DNA of 64,000 nucleotides from Comamonadaceae bacterium (GTDB taxonomy: Bacteria; Pseudomonadota; Gammaproteobacteria; Burkholderiales; Burkholderiaceae_C): assembly GCA_027488255.1 (NCBI GenBank), contig JAIYBZ010000003.1, forward strand, positions 5,221 to 69,220, given 5' to 3'. Every line of letters begins with the position of its first letter. The stretch's first letter is position 1. Both the position numbers and the translations under genes were made by a program. The notes beneath the pieces are model-generated. The model was not told where the DNA came from. It made no database searches and saw only the letters and a list, made by a program, of their open reading frames with translations. This document shows positions 26,993-37,070 of the stretch, piece by piece.

Positions 26993-27012
26993 CTGGGGTG
27001 GCCCTTTGACAT

Positions 27013-27041
27013 AAAAAAAGGGCCGGTCTTCCGACCAGCCC
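27013..27041 (-). terminator. rho-independent terminator of the phasin gene
   Basis: On the minus strand: GGGCTGGTC-GGAA-GACCGGCCC followed by TTTTTTT. Confidence 0.75.
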
Positions 27042-27143
27042 TGAAGGGATCCCTGTTTCCCTGACGAAATTCAAAGAGATCCGAGGAGACAACTTTTCAC
27101 TGCGGGAGTAGGCCTTTGCCAGCCTGCTCCGCGCAAACACCCA

Positions 27144-27680
27144 TCACTTCTTTTTGGCAGTGGCTTTGGGCGCAGCAGTTTGGGTCACAGCCGCCATGTT
27201 GGACTCGACCATGTCGGTGGCTTGTTTGACGGCTTTTTGCACCGACTCAAAAGCGGTGTTGGCCGCAGTCACAGCGCCCTTCATCATGGCAACTGCTTGC
27301 TCTGAGCCAGCGGGGGCGTTGGAAGCAGCGCTGTCCACCAAAGAGGCAAATTGCTTTTGTGCGGCGGCGGCTTGGGCTTCGAAGGCCTTGGTGAACTCGC
27401 CACCGGTGCCGGAAGCGATGTCATACAAGTGGCGGCTGTAAGCGGCTGTTTTCTCAGCCAAAGGCTGGAACAGGCTGGCTTGCATGGCCAACAGGTCTTG
27501 TGCGTCTTTCACGCTCAAGGCGGCTTGGGTGTTGTTGGCGGACTCGTCCAAAGCGGCTTTGGCAGCGCTCAGGTTCAGTTCAACCAATTTTTCCACGCCT
27601 TCGAAGGCTTTGGCGGTCAAACCAAACAGGGTTTCCACGTTGGCTTTGTGCGAGGCGACGATTTGTTCAGCGGTCATCAT
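27144..27680 (-). CDS. phaP: phasin family protein (PHA granule-associated)
   Basis: Ala-rich, helical, low-complexity protein. N-terminus [37 protein letters not shown] is typical of betaproteobacterial phasins. GGAGA RBS upstream of the ATG at 27680; the upstream extension to 27803 was rejected. Confidence 0.85.
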   Translation of the reverse strand: MMTAEQIVASHKANVETLFGLTAKAFEGVEKLVELNLSAAKAALDESANNTQAALSVKDAQDLLAMQASLFQPLAEKTAAYSRHLYDIASGTGGEFTKAFEAQAAAAQKQFASLVDSAASNAPAGSEQAVAMMKGAVTAANTAFESVQKAVKQATDMVESNMAAVTQTAAPKATAKKK

Positions 27681-27872
27681 GAGGATCTCCAGATCAATAA
27701 TTAAGAGGGTTTCAAAAGGACTGCGCCGAAACTGGCCTGGGCCGTACAACTTTGTTGCAGTGCAGCATGGGTTGAATTTTAGGGTTTCTACCGAGTATTG
27801 CAAGGGGATGCCCCGGGTTTTTGCTCAGTTTAGAGTGGCCTTTCTAGAATCACGGGTCCCACCGCTTGACCC

Positions 27873-28802
27873 ATGCACGCCTATTACGCCGATCACTTTG
27901 TCTTGCCCCTGCCTGAGGGGCATCGCTTTCCGATGCAAAAGTACAGCCGCTTGCGTGACCGATTGACGCTCGAGGTGCCCGGTATTCAGATGCGAGAAGC
28001 CCCGGCCGCCAGCGACGGCGAGTTGGCTTTGGTGCACACCCCTGCCTATATCCAGGGCGTGAGCATCGGCACATTGGACCCCGCCATCCAGCGGGAAATT
28101 GGTTTCCCCTGGAGCCCCGCCATGGCCGAGCGCGCTCGCCGCTCGGTCGGGGCCACCGTGGCGGCCGCCCGCGACGCGCTGCAACAGGGGGTGGCCGGCA
28201 ATTTGGCCGGCGGCACCCACCACGCCTATGCCGACAAAGGGGGTGGTTTTTGCGTCTTCAATGACATTGCGGTCACCGCGCGTCTGATGCAGGCCGAATA
28301 TGGACGACTGCATCGGCAAAAAATGAAGGTCGCGGTGATCGACCTCGACGTGCACCAAGGCAACGGCACGGCGGCCATTTTTGGCCATGACCCGAGCGTC
28401 TTCACCCTGTCTTTGCATGGTGAAAAAAACTTCCCCTTCCGAAAAGAGCCCAGTGACCTCGACATCGGCTTGCCGGATGGCTGCACCGATGAGCCCTACT
28501 TGGAGGCCTTGCACCAAGCCTTGCAAACCCTACAAGACCGCTTTGAGCCGCACTTGGTGATTTATCTGGCAGGGGCCGATCCGCATGAGGGAGACCGCTT
28601 GGGCCGGCTCAAGCTGACGGCCGATGGCCTGCAGGCCCGTGACCGGGTGGTGATGGACTGGGCTTGGCAAAGAAAACTGCCCGTGGTGATGTGCATGGGC
28701 GGGGGCTATGGGCACGACATCGAGACCACGGTGCAGGTGCAAATGCAGACTTGGCAAGTGGCCATGAGCTATTGGCAACGCTGGCACAATCGCCTTCCAT
28801 GA
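27873..28802 (+). CDS. histone deacetylase-family (HDAC/AcuC-like) amidohydrolase
   Basis: Motifs GGTHHA and GFCVFNDIAV plus the zinc-binding context DLDVHQGNG, 309 aa. Confidence 0.85.
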   Translation: MHAYYADHFVLPLPEGHRFPMQKYSRLRDRLTLEVPGIQMREAPAASDGELALVHTPAYIQGVSIGTLDPAIQREIGFPWSPAMAERARRSVGATVAAARDALQQGVAGNLAGGTHHAYADKGGGFCVFNDIAVTARLMQAEYGRLHRQKMKVAVIDLDVHQGNGTAAIFGHDPSVFTLSLHGEKNFPFRKEPSDLDIGLPDGCTDEPYLEALHQALQTLQDRFEPHLVIYLAGADPHEGDRLGRLKLTADGLQARDRVVMDWAWQRKLPVVMCMGGGYGHDIETTVQVQMQTWQVAMSYWQRWHNRLP

Positions 28803-29248
28803 TCGCGCCTGCGAAACCCCAACCTGACGCCCGCAGCGGCTATGCCGCTTTTCGTGCCATCAGCACCCGCTGGATGGACAACGATGTCTATGGCCACGTC
28901 AACAACGTCGTTTATTACAGTTGGTTTGACACCGCGGTCAACGCCACGCTGATAGAGCAGGGCGTTTTGGACATTCACGCAGGTTCGACCATTGGCTTGG
29001 TGGTCGAAACACAGTGTTTTTATTTCGCGCCCTTGGCATTTCCGCAAACCATCGAGGCGGGCATCCGCGTCGCCCACTTGGGCACATCCAGTGTGCGCTA
29101 CGAGGTGGGCTTGTTTGCCCAAGGCGACAACATGACCGCGGCCCGTGGACATTTTGTGCATGTGTATGTGGACCGTGAAACCCGCCGACCTGTGCCGCTG
29201 CCCCCTGAACTCAAAACTTTTTTGGAGACCTTGACATGCAAACTTTGA
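28799..29248 (+). CDS. acyl-CoA thioesterase, hotdog fold (YbgC/4HBT-like)
   Basis: RWMDNDVYGHVNNVVYYSWFD matches the 4HBT-type active-site region. ATGA overlap with the deacetylase stop. The tracked start at 28664 was rejected because it sits inside the upstream gene. Confidence 0.75.
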   Translation: MIAPAKPQPDARSGYAAFRAISTRWMDNDVYGHVNNVVYYSWFDTAVNATLIEQGVLDIHAGSTIGLVVETQCFYFAPLAFPQTIEAGIRVAHLGTSSVRYEVGLFAQGDNMTAARGHFVHVYVDRETRRPVPLPPELKTFLETLTCKL

Positions 29249-29973
29249 ACATCGGCCCTCAGGTCAGCACCCGCGTGAACGACCCTGCCAGCGTGGATGC
29301 CGCTGTGTTGAGCCGTTTTTCAACCCGTGCTTTTCTGCCCAAAGCGGTCGATCGCACACTGATTCAAGAATTGCTCGAATTGGCAGCGCGCGCCCCCAGT
29401 GGCACCAACACGCAGCCTTGGAAGGTGTATGTGTTGCAAGGCGCCAAGCGCGACGAGTTGGTGGCCAAAACCTGCGCCGCACATGACGCGATTGCCGCCA
29501 ACCCGGCATTGGCCGCTGAATACGCCGAGGCCTACGACTATTACCCTGAAAAATGGGTCAGCCCCTACATCGACCGCCGCCGTGAGTGCGGTTTTGGTTT
29601 GTATGGTGTGTTGGGCATTGGCAAAGGCGACAAAGAGCGCATGCACCAACAGCAGCAGCAGAATTTCCGCTTTTTTGATGCCCCCGTGGGCCTCATCTTC
29701 ACCATCGACAAAGTCATGGGTCGCGGCAGCCTGTTGGACTACGGCATGTTTTTGCAAACCTTGATGATTGCAGCACGCTCACGCGGCCTGCACACCTGCC
29801 CGCAAGCGGCTTGGAACGGCTTTTCCAAAATCATCTTGCCGCACGTGGGGGCAGGTGACAACGAGATGGTGGTGTGTGGCATGTCGCTCGGCTATGCCGA
29901 CGAAGCCGCCTTGGTCAACACGTTCAAGACCACCCGGGTCTCGGCGCAAGACTTCACCCACTGGGTCGAGTGA
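29236..29973 (+). CDS. nitroreductase family protein
   Basis: RFSTRAF...APSGTNTQPW motif of FMN nitroreductases. 13-nt overlap with the thioesterase gene. Confidence 0.8.
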   Translation: MQTLNIGPQVSTRVNDPASVDAAVLSRFSTRAFLPKAVDRTLIQELLELAARAPSGTNTQPWKVYVLQGAKRDELVAKTCAAHDAIAANPALAAEYAEAYDYYPEKWVSPYIDRRRECGFGLYGVLGIGKGDKERMHQQQQQNFRFFDAPVGLIFTIDKVMGRGSLLDYGMFLQTLMIAARSRGLHTCPQAAWNGFSKIILPHVGAGDNEMVVCGMSLGYADEAALVNTFKTTRVSAQDFTHWVE

Positions 29974-30003
29974 CCCCCAGCGCAGTCGAATTAAAGGCTT
30001 GAT

Positions 30004-31869
30004 TTGGGATTCGATGCACTGGCGTTGCAACTGCTCAATGGACTGAGCCACGCCACCACCTTGTTTTTGATGGCTTCGGGGCTCACGCTGATCTTTGGCG
30101 TGACCCGGATCGTCAATTTCGCGCATGGCAGCTTCTTCATGCTGGGGGCCTTGTGGTCAGCCCATGCCGTGACCAATTGGTGGCCCGCATGGGGCGAGTC
30201 GGCTTGGACCTATGCCTTGGCCATGTTGATCGGGGCGGGGCTGGCTGCTTTGTTGGGCGCGCTGGTCGAGGTGCTGTTGTTGAAACGCATGCGCCATGCC
30301 CCTCAGCTGTACCAACTGGTGGCGACGTTTGGCCTGACGCTGGCGCTGCACGATGCGATGCGCTGGTATTTCGGCCCTGAAGAAGTGTTTGCGCCGCGCT
30401 TTCCGGGCCTGAAAGGGGCGATTCAACTGGGCGAATCCTTCTTTCCAACCTGGCAACTTTTCACCTTGTTATTGGGGCCCTTGGTGTGGTTGGGCTTGCA
30501 CCTCTTGCTCACGCGCACGCTGTGGGGGCAGCGCGTCAAAGCCGCCACGCAAGACCGCGACATGTTGGACGCCTTGGGCGTCAACCCCGCCCCCCTCATG
30601 TTGGGCGTGGTCATGTTGGGTTGCGGGCTGGCCGGGCTGGCGGGGGCCTTGCAGTTGCCGCGCGAGCCAGCGCATTTGCAAATGGATGTGAATGTGGTGG
30701 TGGAAACCTTTGTGGTGGTGGTCACCGGCGGGCTGGGCAGCATCGGCGGTGCCTTTGCTGCGGCCATGTTGATTGGGGTGATCCATGCCTTGGGGCTGAA
30801 CTTTTTCCCACAAGCCACTTTGGTCTTGGTGTTTTTGACGATGGCGGTGGTGTTGGTGTCGCGCCCGCAAGGGCTGGCCGGATCGACGGCCCACCACGAG
30901 CCACGCGAAAGCGTGCCCTTCTTTGCTTTGTGGCCTGCAGGACGTTTGGGACAAGGGCTGATGCTGGCGATCTTCGTGGGCTTGACCGGACTGGCTTGGG
31001 CGCAGGGCGACTATGGCCGCAGCTTGGCCGAAGACGTGATGGTGATGATGTTGTTTGGCCTGAGCCTGCAATGGATGATGGCCCTGGGAGGGTTGGTCAG
31101 TTTTGGCCACGCCGCCTTTTTTGCATTGGGAGCCTATGGCGCGGCCTTGGCCCACTTGAATTGGGGCACCAGTTGGGCCCTGTCGCTGCTCTCGGGCATG
31201 GCGCTGGCGCTGGCGGTGGCCTTGGTGTTTGGGGCTTTGGTGGTGCGCAGCAGCGGGGTTTATCTGGCCATGTTGTCCTTGGCGCTGGCGCAAATGGTCT
31301 GGGCCGGGGCCACGCAATGGGTGGCATTGACCGGCGGCGACAACGGCTTGATCGGGCTGCGCCTGATCGAAGCCGCAAACCGACCGTTGGCCGATGCCCT
31401 GCTGGCGCTGTTGGCCTTGCTGGCCGTATGGGCCATGGCGCGGGTGGTGCAGTCGGGTCAGGGGGCCGCTTTGCAAGCCCTGCGAGATGCCCCATTGCGG
31501 GCCGCGGCCAGTGGCCTAAAAGTGCAGGTTTTGCGCTACCAAGTGTTTGTGGGCAGCGCCGTGTTGGCGGGGCTGGCAGGCGGCTTGTGGGCCGCCTTCA
31601 AAGGCGCTGTGTTTCCCTCTGTCGCTTCGGTGGCCACCTCGGTCGATGCCTTGTTGGTGATTTTGTTAGGCGGGGTCCACCAGTTGTGGGGGGCGGCCGT
31701 GGGCAGCACCCTCTTGGTCTGGGGCGGCGCTGAGCTGGGGCAGGGCCTCCACTATTGGCGCGGTATTTTGGGCCTGTTGATCATGGTCGTGATGGTGCTG
31801 GCCCCCAGCGGCGTTTTGGGCGGTTGGCAACGGGGCTTGAACCGTCTGCGCAGGAGAGCCGTGCCATGA
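30004..31869 (+). CDS. fused LivH-LivM type branched-chain/HAAT-family ABC permease
   Basis: The N-terminal half resembles LivH (LNGLSHATTLFLMASGLTLIFGVTRIVNFAHGSF) and the C-terminal half resembles LivM (SLQWMMALGGLVSFGHAAFFALGAY). TTG start; the nearby ATG is out of frame. Confidence 0.8.
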   Translation: MGFDALALQLLNGLSHATTLFLMASGLTLIFGVTRIVNFAHGSFFMLGALWSAHAVTNWWPAWGESAWTYALAMLIGAGLAALLGALVEVLLLKRMRHAPQLYQLVATFGLTLALHDAMRWYFGPEEVFAPRFPGLKGAIQLGESFFPTWQLFTLLLGPLVWLGLHLLLTRTLWGQRVKAATQDRDMLDALGVNPAPLMLGVVMLGCGLAGLAGALQLPREPAHLQMDVNVVVETFVVVVTGGLGSIGGAFAAAMLIGVIHALGLNFFPQATLVLVFLTMAVVLVSRPQGLAGSTAHHEPRESVPFFALWPAGRLGQGLMLAIFVGLTGLAWAQGDYGRSLAEDVMVMMLFGLSLQWMMALGGLVSFGHAAFFALGAYGAALAHLNWGTSWALSLLSGMALALAVALVFGALVVRSSGVYLAMLSLALAQMVWAGATQWVALTGGDNGLIGLRLIEAANRPLADALLALLALLAVWAMARVVQSGQGAALQALRDAPLRAAASGLKVQVLRYQVFVGSAVLAGLAGGLWAAFKGAVFPSVASVATSVDALLVILLGGVHQLWGAAVGSTLLVWGGAELGQGLHYWRGILGLLIMVVMVLAPSGVLGGWQRGLNRLRRRAVP

Positions 31870-32678
31870 ATCTTCCCCTGACGCACGCGGGTTTGCAGGT
31901 GCATGGCTTGGCCAAGCATTTCGGCGGCGTGCACGCGCTGGACGGCGTCGATTTTGAGGTGAAGCCGGGTGAATGTGTGGCCCTCATTGGGCCCAATGGC
32001 GCTGGCAAATCCACTTGTTTTGCATGCCTGGCCGGGCAGCACACCCCCACAACTGGGCAGGTGACTTGGCGCGGCCAAACTTTGCAGGGGCAAACCCCTG
32101 CGCAACGCCAACATCTGGGTGTCGCCCGCACCTTCCAGGTGGCGCAAACTTTTGAGGCGCTCACGGCCCTGCACAACATCCAATTGGTGCTGCGCGATGC
32201 GGCGCCCTTGTCGTGGCTGGGCCGCTTGAGCCAACGTCAACCCGAGCGCGCCATGACCCTGTTGGTCCAAGCCGGGCTGAGTGCCCTGGCGCACGCCCGG
32301 GTGACCGATCTGCCCTACGGCGCCAAAAAAAGGCTGGAGCTGGCCATGGCCCTGGCCGGTTTGCCGGCTGACCCCACGTCGTGTTTGTTGTTGCTGGATG
32401 AGCCCGCAGCGGGTTTGGCGGTGGCCGAGCGTGCTGAAATGATGGCCTTGGTGCGCCAAGTGGCTGAGCAAGGCGTCACGGTGCTCTACACCGAACACAA
32501 TATGGACGCCGTTTTTGGCGTCGCCGACCGGGTGATGGTGCTGATGCAAGGCCGCCTGGTGGCCGATGGCAGCCCTGAGCGCGTGGCGCAAGACCCGCAG
32601 GTGCTGAAGCACTACTTGGGCATGGACTTCAAGACGTCGCCGGGACCGGTTTCAAGCGCGGAGGGTGGCCATGTCTGA
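31866..32678 (+). CDS. ABC transporter ATP-binding protein (LivG-like)
   Basis: Walker A GPNGAGKST, signature YGAKKRLELA, Walker B LLLLDEPAAGL. ATGA overlap with the permease stop. Confidence 0.85.
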   Translation: MNLPLTHAGLQVHGLAKHFGGVHALDGVDFEVKPGECVALIGPNGAGKSTCFACLAGQHTPTTGQVTWRGQTLQGQTPAQRQHLGVARTFQVAQTFEALTALHNIQLVLRDAAPLSWLGRLSQRQPERAMTLLVQAGLSALAHARVTDLPYGAKKRLELAMALAGLPADPTSCLLLLDEPAAGLAVAERAEMMALVRQVAEQGVTVLYTEHNMDAVFGVADRVMVLMQGRLVADGSPERVAQDPQVLKHYLGMDFKTSPGPVSSAEGGHV

Positions 32679-33336
32679 AGCTTCGTTGCAAGTGACCCGC
32701 CTGAGCGCTTGGTATGGCCAAGCCCAAGCCTTGTTTGATGTGTCGCTGAATGTCGAGGCGGGCGAATGGGTGGTGTTGCAAGGGCTCAATGGCGCCGGCA
32801 AATCCAGTTTGTTGCTCGCCTTGATGGGCTTGGGGCCCCGTGTGTCAGGGCAAGTCGTTTGGGCTGGCGAGGCCATGTCGGATTGGCCGGCGCACAAAAG
32901 GGCACAAGCCGGCTTGGGCTTTGTGGCCGAAGACCGCCGTTTGTTCACCGGGCTCTCGGTGAAAGAAAATCTGTGGATTGCGGCGCGAGGGGCCTCTAAG
33001 GTGGCCGTTGGTCAACAGTTTGACCGGGTCTTGACGCTTTTTCCGGTGCTCGGGACGATGCTCAACCGACCCGCCAGCCAAATGAGCGGTGGCGAGCAAC
33101 AGATGTTGGCGATCGCCCGGACCTTGATGACGGGGCCGCGCTTGCTGTTGCTGGATGAGCCTTGTGAGGGCATCGCGCCCGTCTTGGTGCAGGCCTTGCG
33201 CGAAGCACTGGTGCAATTGCGCCGGGAAGGCCTGAGCCTGCTGGTGTCTGAGCAAAACAACATTTTGACCGCGCATGCCGACCGGGTGGTGGTGGTGTCC
33301 AGCGGACGATTGCTGGATGGGCATCCTTTACACTGA
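32671..33336 (+). CDS. ABC transporter ATP-binding protein (LivF-like)
   Basis: Walker A GLNGAGKSS, signature SGGEQQMLAIAR, Walker B LLLLDEP. 8-nt overlap with the upstream ATPase gene; a GTG at 32665 is also possible. Confidence 0.85.
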   Translation: MSEASLQVTRLSAWYGQAQALFDVSLNVEAGEWVVLQGLNGAGKSSLLLALMGLGPRVSGQVVWAGEAMSDWPAHKRAQAGLGFVAEDRRLFTGLSVKENLWIAARGASKVAVGQQFDRVLTLFPVLGTMLNRPASQMSGGEQQMLAIARTLMTGPRLLLLDEPCEGIAPVLVQALREALVQLRREGLSLLVSEQNNILTAHADRVVVVSSGRLLDGHPLH

Positions 33337-33417
33337 GCGACGCACTTCAGTGGCATCAACCTCGGCACAAACGAGCGGAATAAATGAGTGGCCTGAAGCC
33401 ACCAGAGACACAACACC

Positions 33418-34602
33418 ATGATCATCACCAGTCTGCTAGACACCGATCTGTACAAATTCACCATGATGCAGGTGGTGTTGCACCAGTTTCCGGGTGCCCA
33501 GGTCGAATACAAATTCAAGTGCCGCAACCCCGGCGTGCCCCTGGCGCCTTTCGTGAAAGAAATTCGCGAAGAGATTTTGTCTTTGTGCAGTCTGCCGTTC
33601 AAAGAGGGCGAGCTGCAGTACCTGCGCTCTTTGCGTTTCATCAAGAGCGATTTCGTTGACTTTTTGGCCCTGTTCAAGCTCAACGAAAAATACATTCAGG
33701 TCACGCCTTTGCCCTCGGGCGAGATCGACATCACGATTCACGGGCCTTGGCTGCACACCATTTTGTTTGAGATACCGGTTTTGGCCATCGTCAATGAGGT
33801 GTACTTCCGCAACACGCAAAAAGTACCCGACCTCATGGAAGGCCGGCGCCGCTTGGACACCAAAATTGCGCAGCTGCAAGCGCCCAGTTTGGAAACGCTG
33901 AAAATCGCCGACTACGGCACCCGCCGCCGCTTTTCGCGCGCTTGGCATGAAGAAGTTTTGCGTGTGCTCTCTGCCCGTTTGGGCACAGGTCCGTCAGGCC
34001 AGTTCGCCGGCACCAGCAATGTGTATTACGCCTACGTCTTGGGCTTGACGCCATTGGGCACCATGGCCCACGAGTATTTACAAGCCTGCCAAGCGCTGGG
34101 GCCCCGGCTGCGCGACAGCCAGATTTTTGCGTTTGAATCGTGGGCCAAAGAATACCGTGGCGACTTGGGCATTGCCCTGTCGGATGTGTATGGCTTCAAT
34201 GCGTTTTTGCGCGACTTTGATCTGTATTTTTGCAAGCTCTTTGACGGTGCGCGCCACGACAGCGGAGACCCCTTCAGCTGGGGTGAACGCATGATCTCGC
34301 ACTACCAGCACAACCGGGTGGACCCGAAAACCAAGACGCTGATCTTCAGCGACAGCCTGACCATTCCCCGGACCATTGAGTTGTTTCAGCAGTTTCAAGG
34401 CCGCTGCCAATTGGCTTTCGGCGTCGGCACCAATTTGACCAATGACCTGGGCTACGAGCCCTTGCAGATCGTGATCAAGATGACGCGTTGCAACGGTCAA
34501 CCGGTCGCCAAGCTGTCTGACACCCCTGGAAAAGGGATGTGCGATGACGAAAAATACCTGGCCTATCTGCGCCAAGTGTTTGAGATTGCCACAAGCAGTT
34601 AG
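33418..34602 (+). CDS. pncB: nicotinate phosphoribosyltransferase
   Basis: N-terminal [14 protein letters not shown] motif, 394 aa. Confidence 0.9.
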   Translation: MIITSLLDTDLYKFTMMQVVLHQFPGAQVEYKFKCRNPGVPLAPFVKEIREEILSLCSLPFKEGELQYLRSLRFIKSDFVDFLALFKLNEKYIQVTPLPSGEIDITIHGPWLHTILFEIPVLAIVNEVYFRNTQKVPDLMEGRRRLDTKIAQLQAPSLETLKIADYGTRRRFSRAWHEEVLRVLSARLGTGPSGQFAGTSNVYYAYVLGLTPLGTMAHEYLQACQALGPRLRDSQIFAFESWAKEYRGDLGIALSDVYGFNAFLRDFDLYFCKLFDGARHDSGDPFSWGERMISHYQHNRVDPKTKTLIFSDSLTIPRTIELFQQFQGRCQLAFGVGTNLTNDLGYEPLQIVIKMTRCNGQPVAKLSDTPGKGMCDDEKYLAYLRQVFEIATSS

Positions 34603-34656
34603 TGGCTTTGCTTCCCCCGCTAACATGTCTTCCCATTGAAAACTGAAGAAAGACAA

Positions 34657-36084
34657 ATGATGAAAACACCGCTGTGGTGCAAGATGGTTCATCTGGCCGT
34701 CCCTTTGTTGTTCACGCTGCCCATTGGGGCTTGGGCCGCAGACTTTGATGGCGCGCAACTGTCGCCCATCTGGGGCGTTCCTTTTGCGGGCATTTTGCTG
34801 TCCATCGCACTCATGCCCTTGTTGTTGCCTAACTTTTGGCACCACCATTACGGCAAGGTGGCCGCCGCTTGGGGCTTGGCATTTTTGTTGCCTTTTGCGG
34901 TCGCATTTGGGCCCGCTGCGGCAGGTGTCAACGTCGTTCATGCGCTTTTCGCCGAATACATTCCCTTCATCATCTTGCTGACGGCGTTGTTCACGGTGTC
35001 GGGCGGTATTTTTATCCGAGGCAATTTGCACGGCAGCCCCGGCCTGAACACCGCCATCTTGGCCATCGGTGCCTTTTTGGCCAGCTTCATGGGCACCACA
35101 GGGGCTTCGATGCTCTTGATTCGGCCACTGATCCGTGCCAACGACAACCGCAAGCATGTGGCCCATGTGGTGGTCTTTTTCATCTTCATCGTCTCCAATG
35201 CGGGCGGCGCATTGACCCCGCTGGGTGATCCGCCCTTGTTCTTGGGCTTCTTGAAAGGCGTTGACTTTTTCTGGACGGTGAAAAACCTTTTCCCAGAAAC
35301 GCTGTTCATGTTGGGCAGTTTGCTGGTGATTTTTTATGTCATCGACAGCTGGTTCTATCACCGCCGTGAAGAAATGCTGTCGCGCGACCCCACGCCCGAC
35401 TCTCGGGGCATTGGCTTTGATGGGGCCATCAACTTTGCCCTTTTGGGGATGGTGGTGGGCCTGGTGTTGATGAGTGGGTTTTGGAAATCACCCGTGTCCT
35501 TCAACATCTACGGCACCGAAGTGGGCCTGCCCGGTGTGGTGCGCGACATCGGCTTGGTGCTGGTGACCTTGCTCTCACTCAAGATCACGCCCGCTCAAGT
35601 GCACGCGGACAACCAATTTGGCTGGGGCCCCATGGCTGAAGTGGCCAAGTTGTTTGCCGGTATTTTCTTGACCATCATCCCGGTGATCGCCATGCTCAAG
35701 GCCGGTGTCAACGGCCCGTTCGGTGCCGTGGTGTCCGCAGTGACCCAGCCCGATGGCAGCCCGGACGTGTTGATGTACTTCTGGATCACCGGTGCCTTGA
35801 GTTCCTTCTTGGACAACGCGCCCACCTATCTGGTGTTTTTCAATACCGCCGGGGGTGACCCGCAGGTGCTGATGACCACCTTGGCCCCCACCTTGGTCGC
35901 CATCTCGGCAGGTGCTGTGTTTATGGGCGCAAACACCTACATTGGCAACGCACCCAACCTCATGGTGAAAGCCATTGCGGAAGACCGCGGCGTGAAGATG
36001 CCCAGCTTTTTTGGCTACATGCTGTGGTCGGGGGGGATCTTGATTCCCCTGTTTGTGATCATGAGTTTTATATGGTTCAAATGA
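34657..36084 (+). CDS. NhaD/ArsB-superfamily ion transporter (annotated in relatives as sodium:proton antiporter)
   Basis: About 12 TM helices, with the stretch TTGASMLLIRPLIRAN...GGALTPLGDPPLFLGF. Start is uncertain: ATG at 34657 or 34660, versus the tracked TTG at 34636. Confidence 0.65.
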   Translation: MMKTPLWCKMVHLAVPLLFTLPIGAWAADFDGAQLSPIWGVPFAGILLSIALMPLLLPNFWHHHYGKVAAAWGLAFLLPFAVAFGPAAAGVNVVHALFAEYIPFIILLTALFTVSGGIFIRGNLHGSPGLNTAILAIGAFLASFMGTTGASMLLIRPLIRANDNRKHVAHVVVFFIFIVSNAGGALTPLGDPPLFLGFLKGVDFFWTVKNLFPETLFMLGSLLVIFYVIDSWFYHRREEMLSRDPTPDSRGIGFDGAINFALLGMVVGLVLMSGFWKSPVSFNIYGTEVGLPGVVRDIGLVLVTLLSLKITPAQVHADNQFGWGPMAEVAKLFAGIFLTIIPVIAMLKAGVNGPFGAVVSAVTQPDGSPDVLMYFWITGALSSFLDNAPTYLVFFNTAGGDPQVLMTTLAPTLVAISAGAVFMGANTYIGNAPNLMVKAIAEDRGVKMPSFFGYMLWSGGILIPLFVIMSFIWFK

Positions 36085-37070
36085 TGACTAAACCTTCAAT
36101 CTTGGTGGCGCGCGCCATCTTCCCCGAGGTCCTGCAGGCTTTGACGCAAGTCTTCGATGTCGAAAGCAATCAGGCCGACGACGTGTGGTCTGCTGCCGAG
36201 TTGACCCGCCGCATGCAAGGCAAAGTGGGCGCATTGACCACGGGCAGCGAGCGCATTGACGCCGCTTTGCTGCAGGCCAATCCCCAGCTCAAAATTGTGG
36301 CCAACATGGCCGTGGGCTTTAACAATTTTGATGTGCCGGCCATGACCGCTGCGGGCGTGCAAGCCACCAACACGCCCGATGTGTTGACCGAGACCACGGC
36401 TGATTTTGGTTTTGCCTTGCTCATGGCCACGGCACGCCGCGTGACCGAAAGCGAGCATTTTTTGCGCGCCGGAAAATGGACCAAATGGAGCTTTGACATG
36501 TTTGCCGGGGCCGAGGTGCATGGCGCCACGCTGGGCATCATGGGCATGGGCCGCATTGGTCAAGGCATTGCCCGCCGCGCCGCGCACGGCTTTGGCATGC
36601 AAGTGCTGTACCACAACCGCTCTCGACTCAGCCCCGAATTAGAGGCCGAATGCAAAGCGCGTTATGTCTCTAAACAAGAGTTGTTGCAAAGCGCAGACCA
36701 TGTGGTGTTGGTGGTGCCTTACAGCGCCGAGTCGCACCACACCATTGGCGCGGCCGAGTTGGCCTTGATGAAGCCCAGCGCCACCTTGATCAACATTGCA
36801 CGGGGCGGCATTGTGGACGATGCGGCCTTGGCCAAGGCCTTGGCGGCGCGCCAAATCGCAGCGGCGGGCCTGGATGTGTTTGAAGGCGAGCCCGCCGTGC
36901 ACCCCGGTCTGTTGACCGTGCCCAATGTGGTGTTGACGCCCCACATTGCCAGTGCCACCGTGAAGACCCGCACCGCCATGGCCCAATTGGCCGCCGATAA
37001 CCTCGTGGCTTACCTGACGCGAGGCCAAGCCCTGACCCCGATCAACACCTTGGCAGGTCAGTCAGCATGA
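36081..37070 (+). CDS. D-isomer-specific 2-hydroxyacid dehydrogenase (glyoxylate/hydroxypyruvate reductase-like)
   Basis: NAD-binding motif GIMGMGRIGQGIARRA, catalytic region NIARGGIVDD and TPHIASAT. ATGA overlap with the transporter stop. Confidence 0.85.
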   Translation: MMTKPSILVARAIFPEVLQALTQVFDVESNQADDVWSAAELTRRMQGKVGALTTGSERIDAALLQANPQLKIVANMAVGFNNFDVPAMTAAGVQATNTPDVLTETTADFGFALLMATARRVTESEHFLRAGKWTKWSFDMFAGAEVHGATLGIMGMGRIGQGIARRAAHGFGMQVLYHNRSRLSPELEAECKARYVSKQELLQSADHVVLVVPYSAESHHTIGAAELALMKPSATLINIARGGIVDDAALAKALAARQIAAAGLDVFEGEPAVHPGLLTVPNVVLTPHIASATVKTRTAMAQLAADNLVAYLTRGQALTPINTLAGQSA

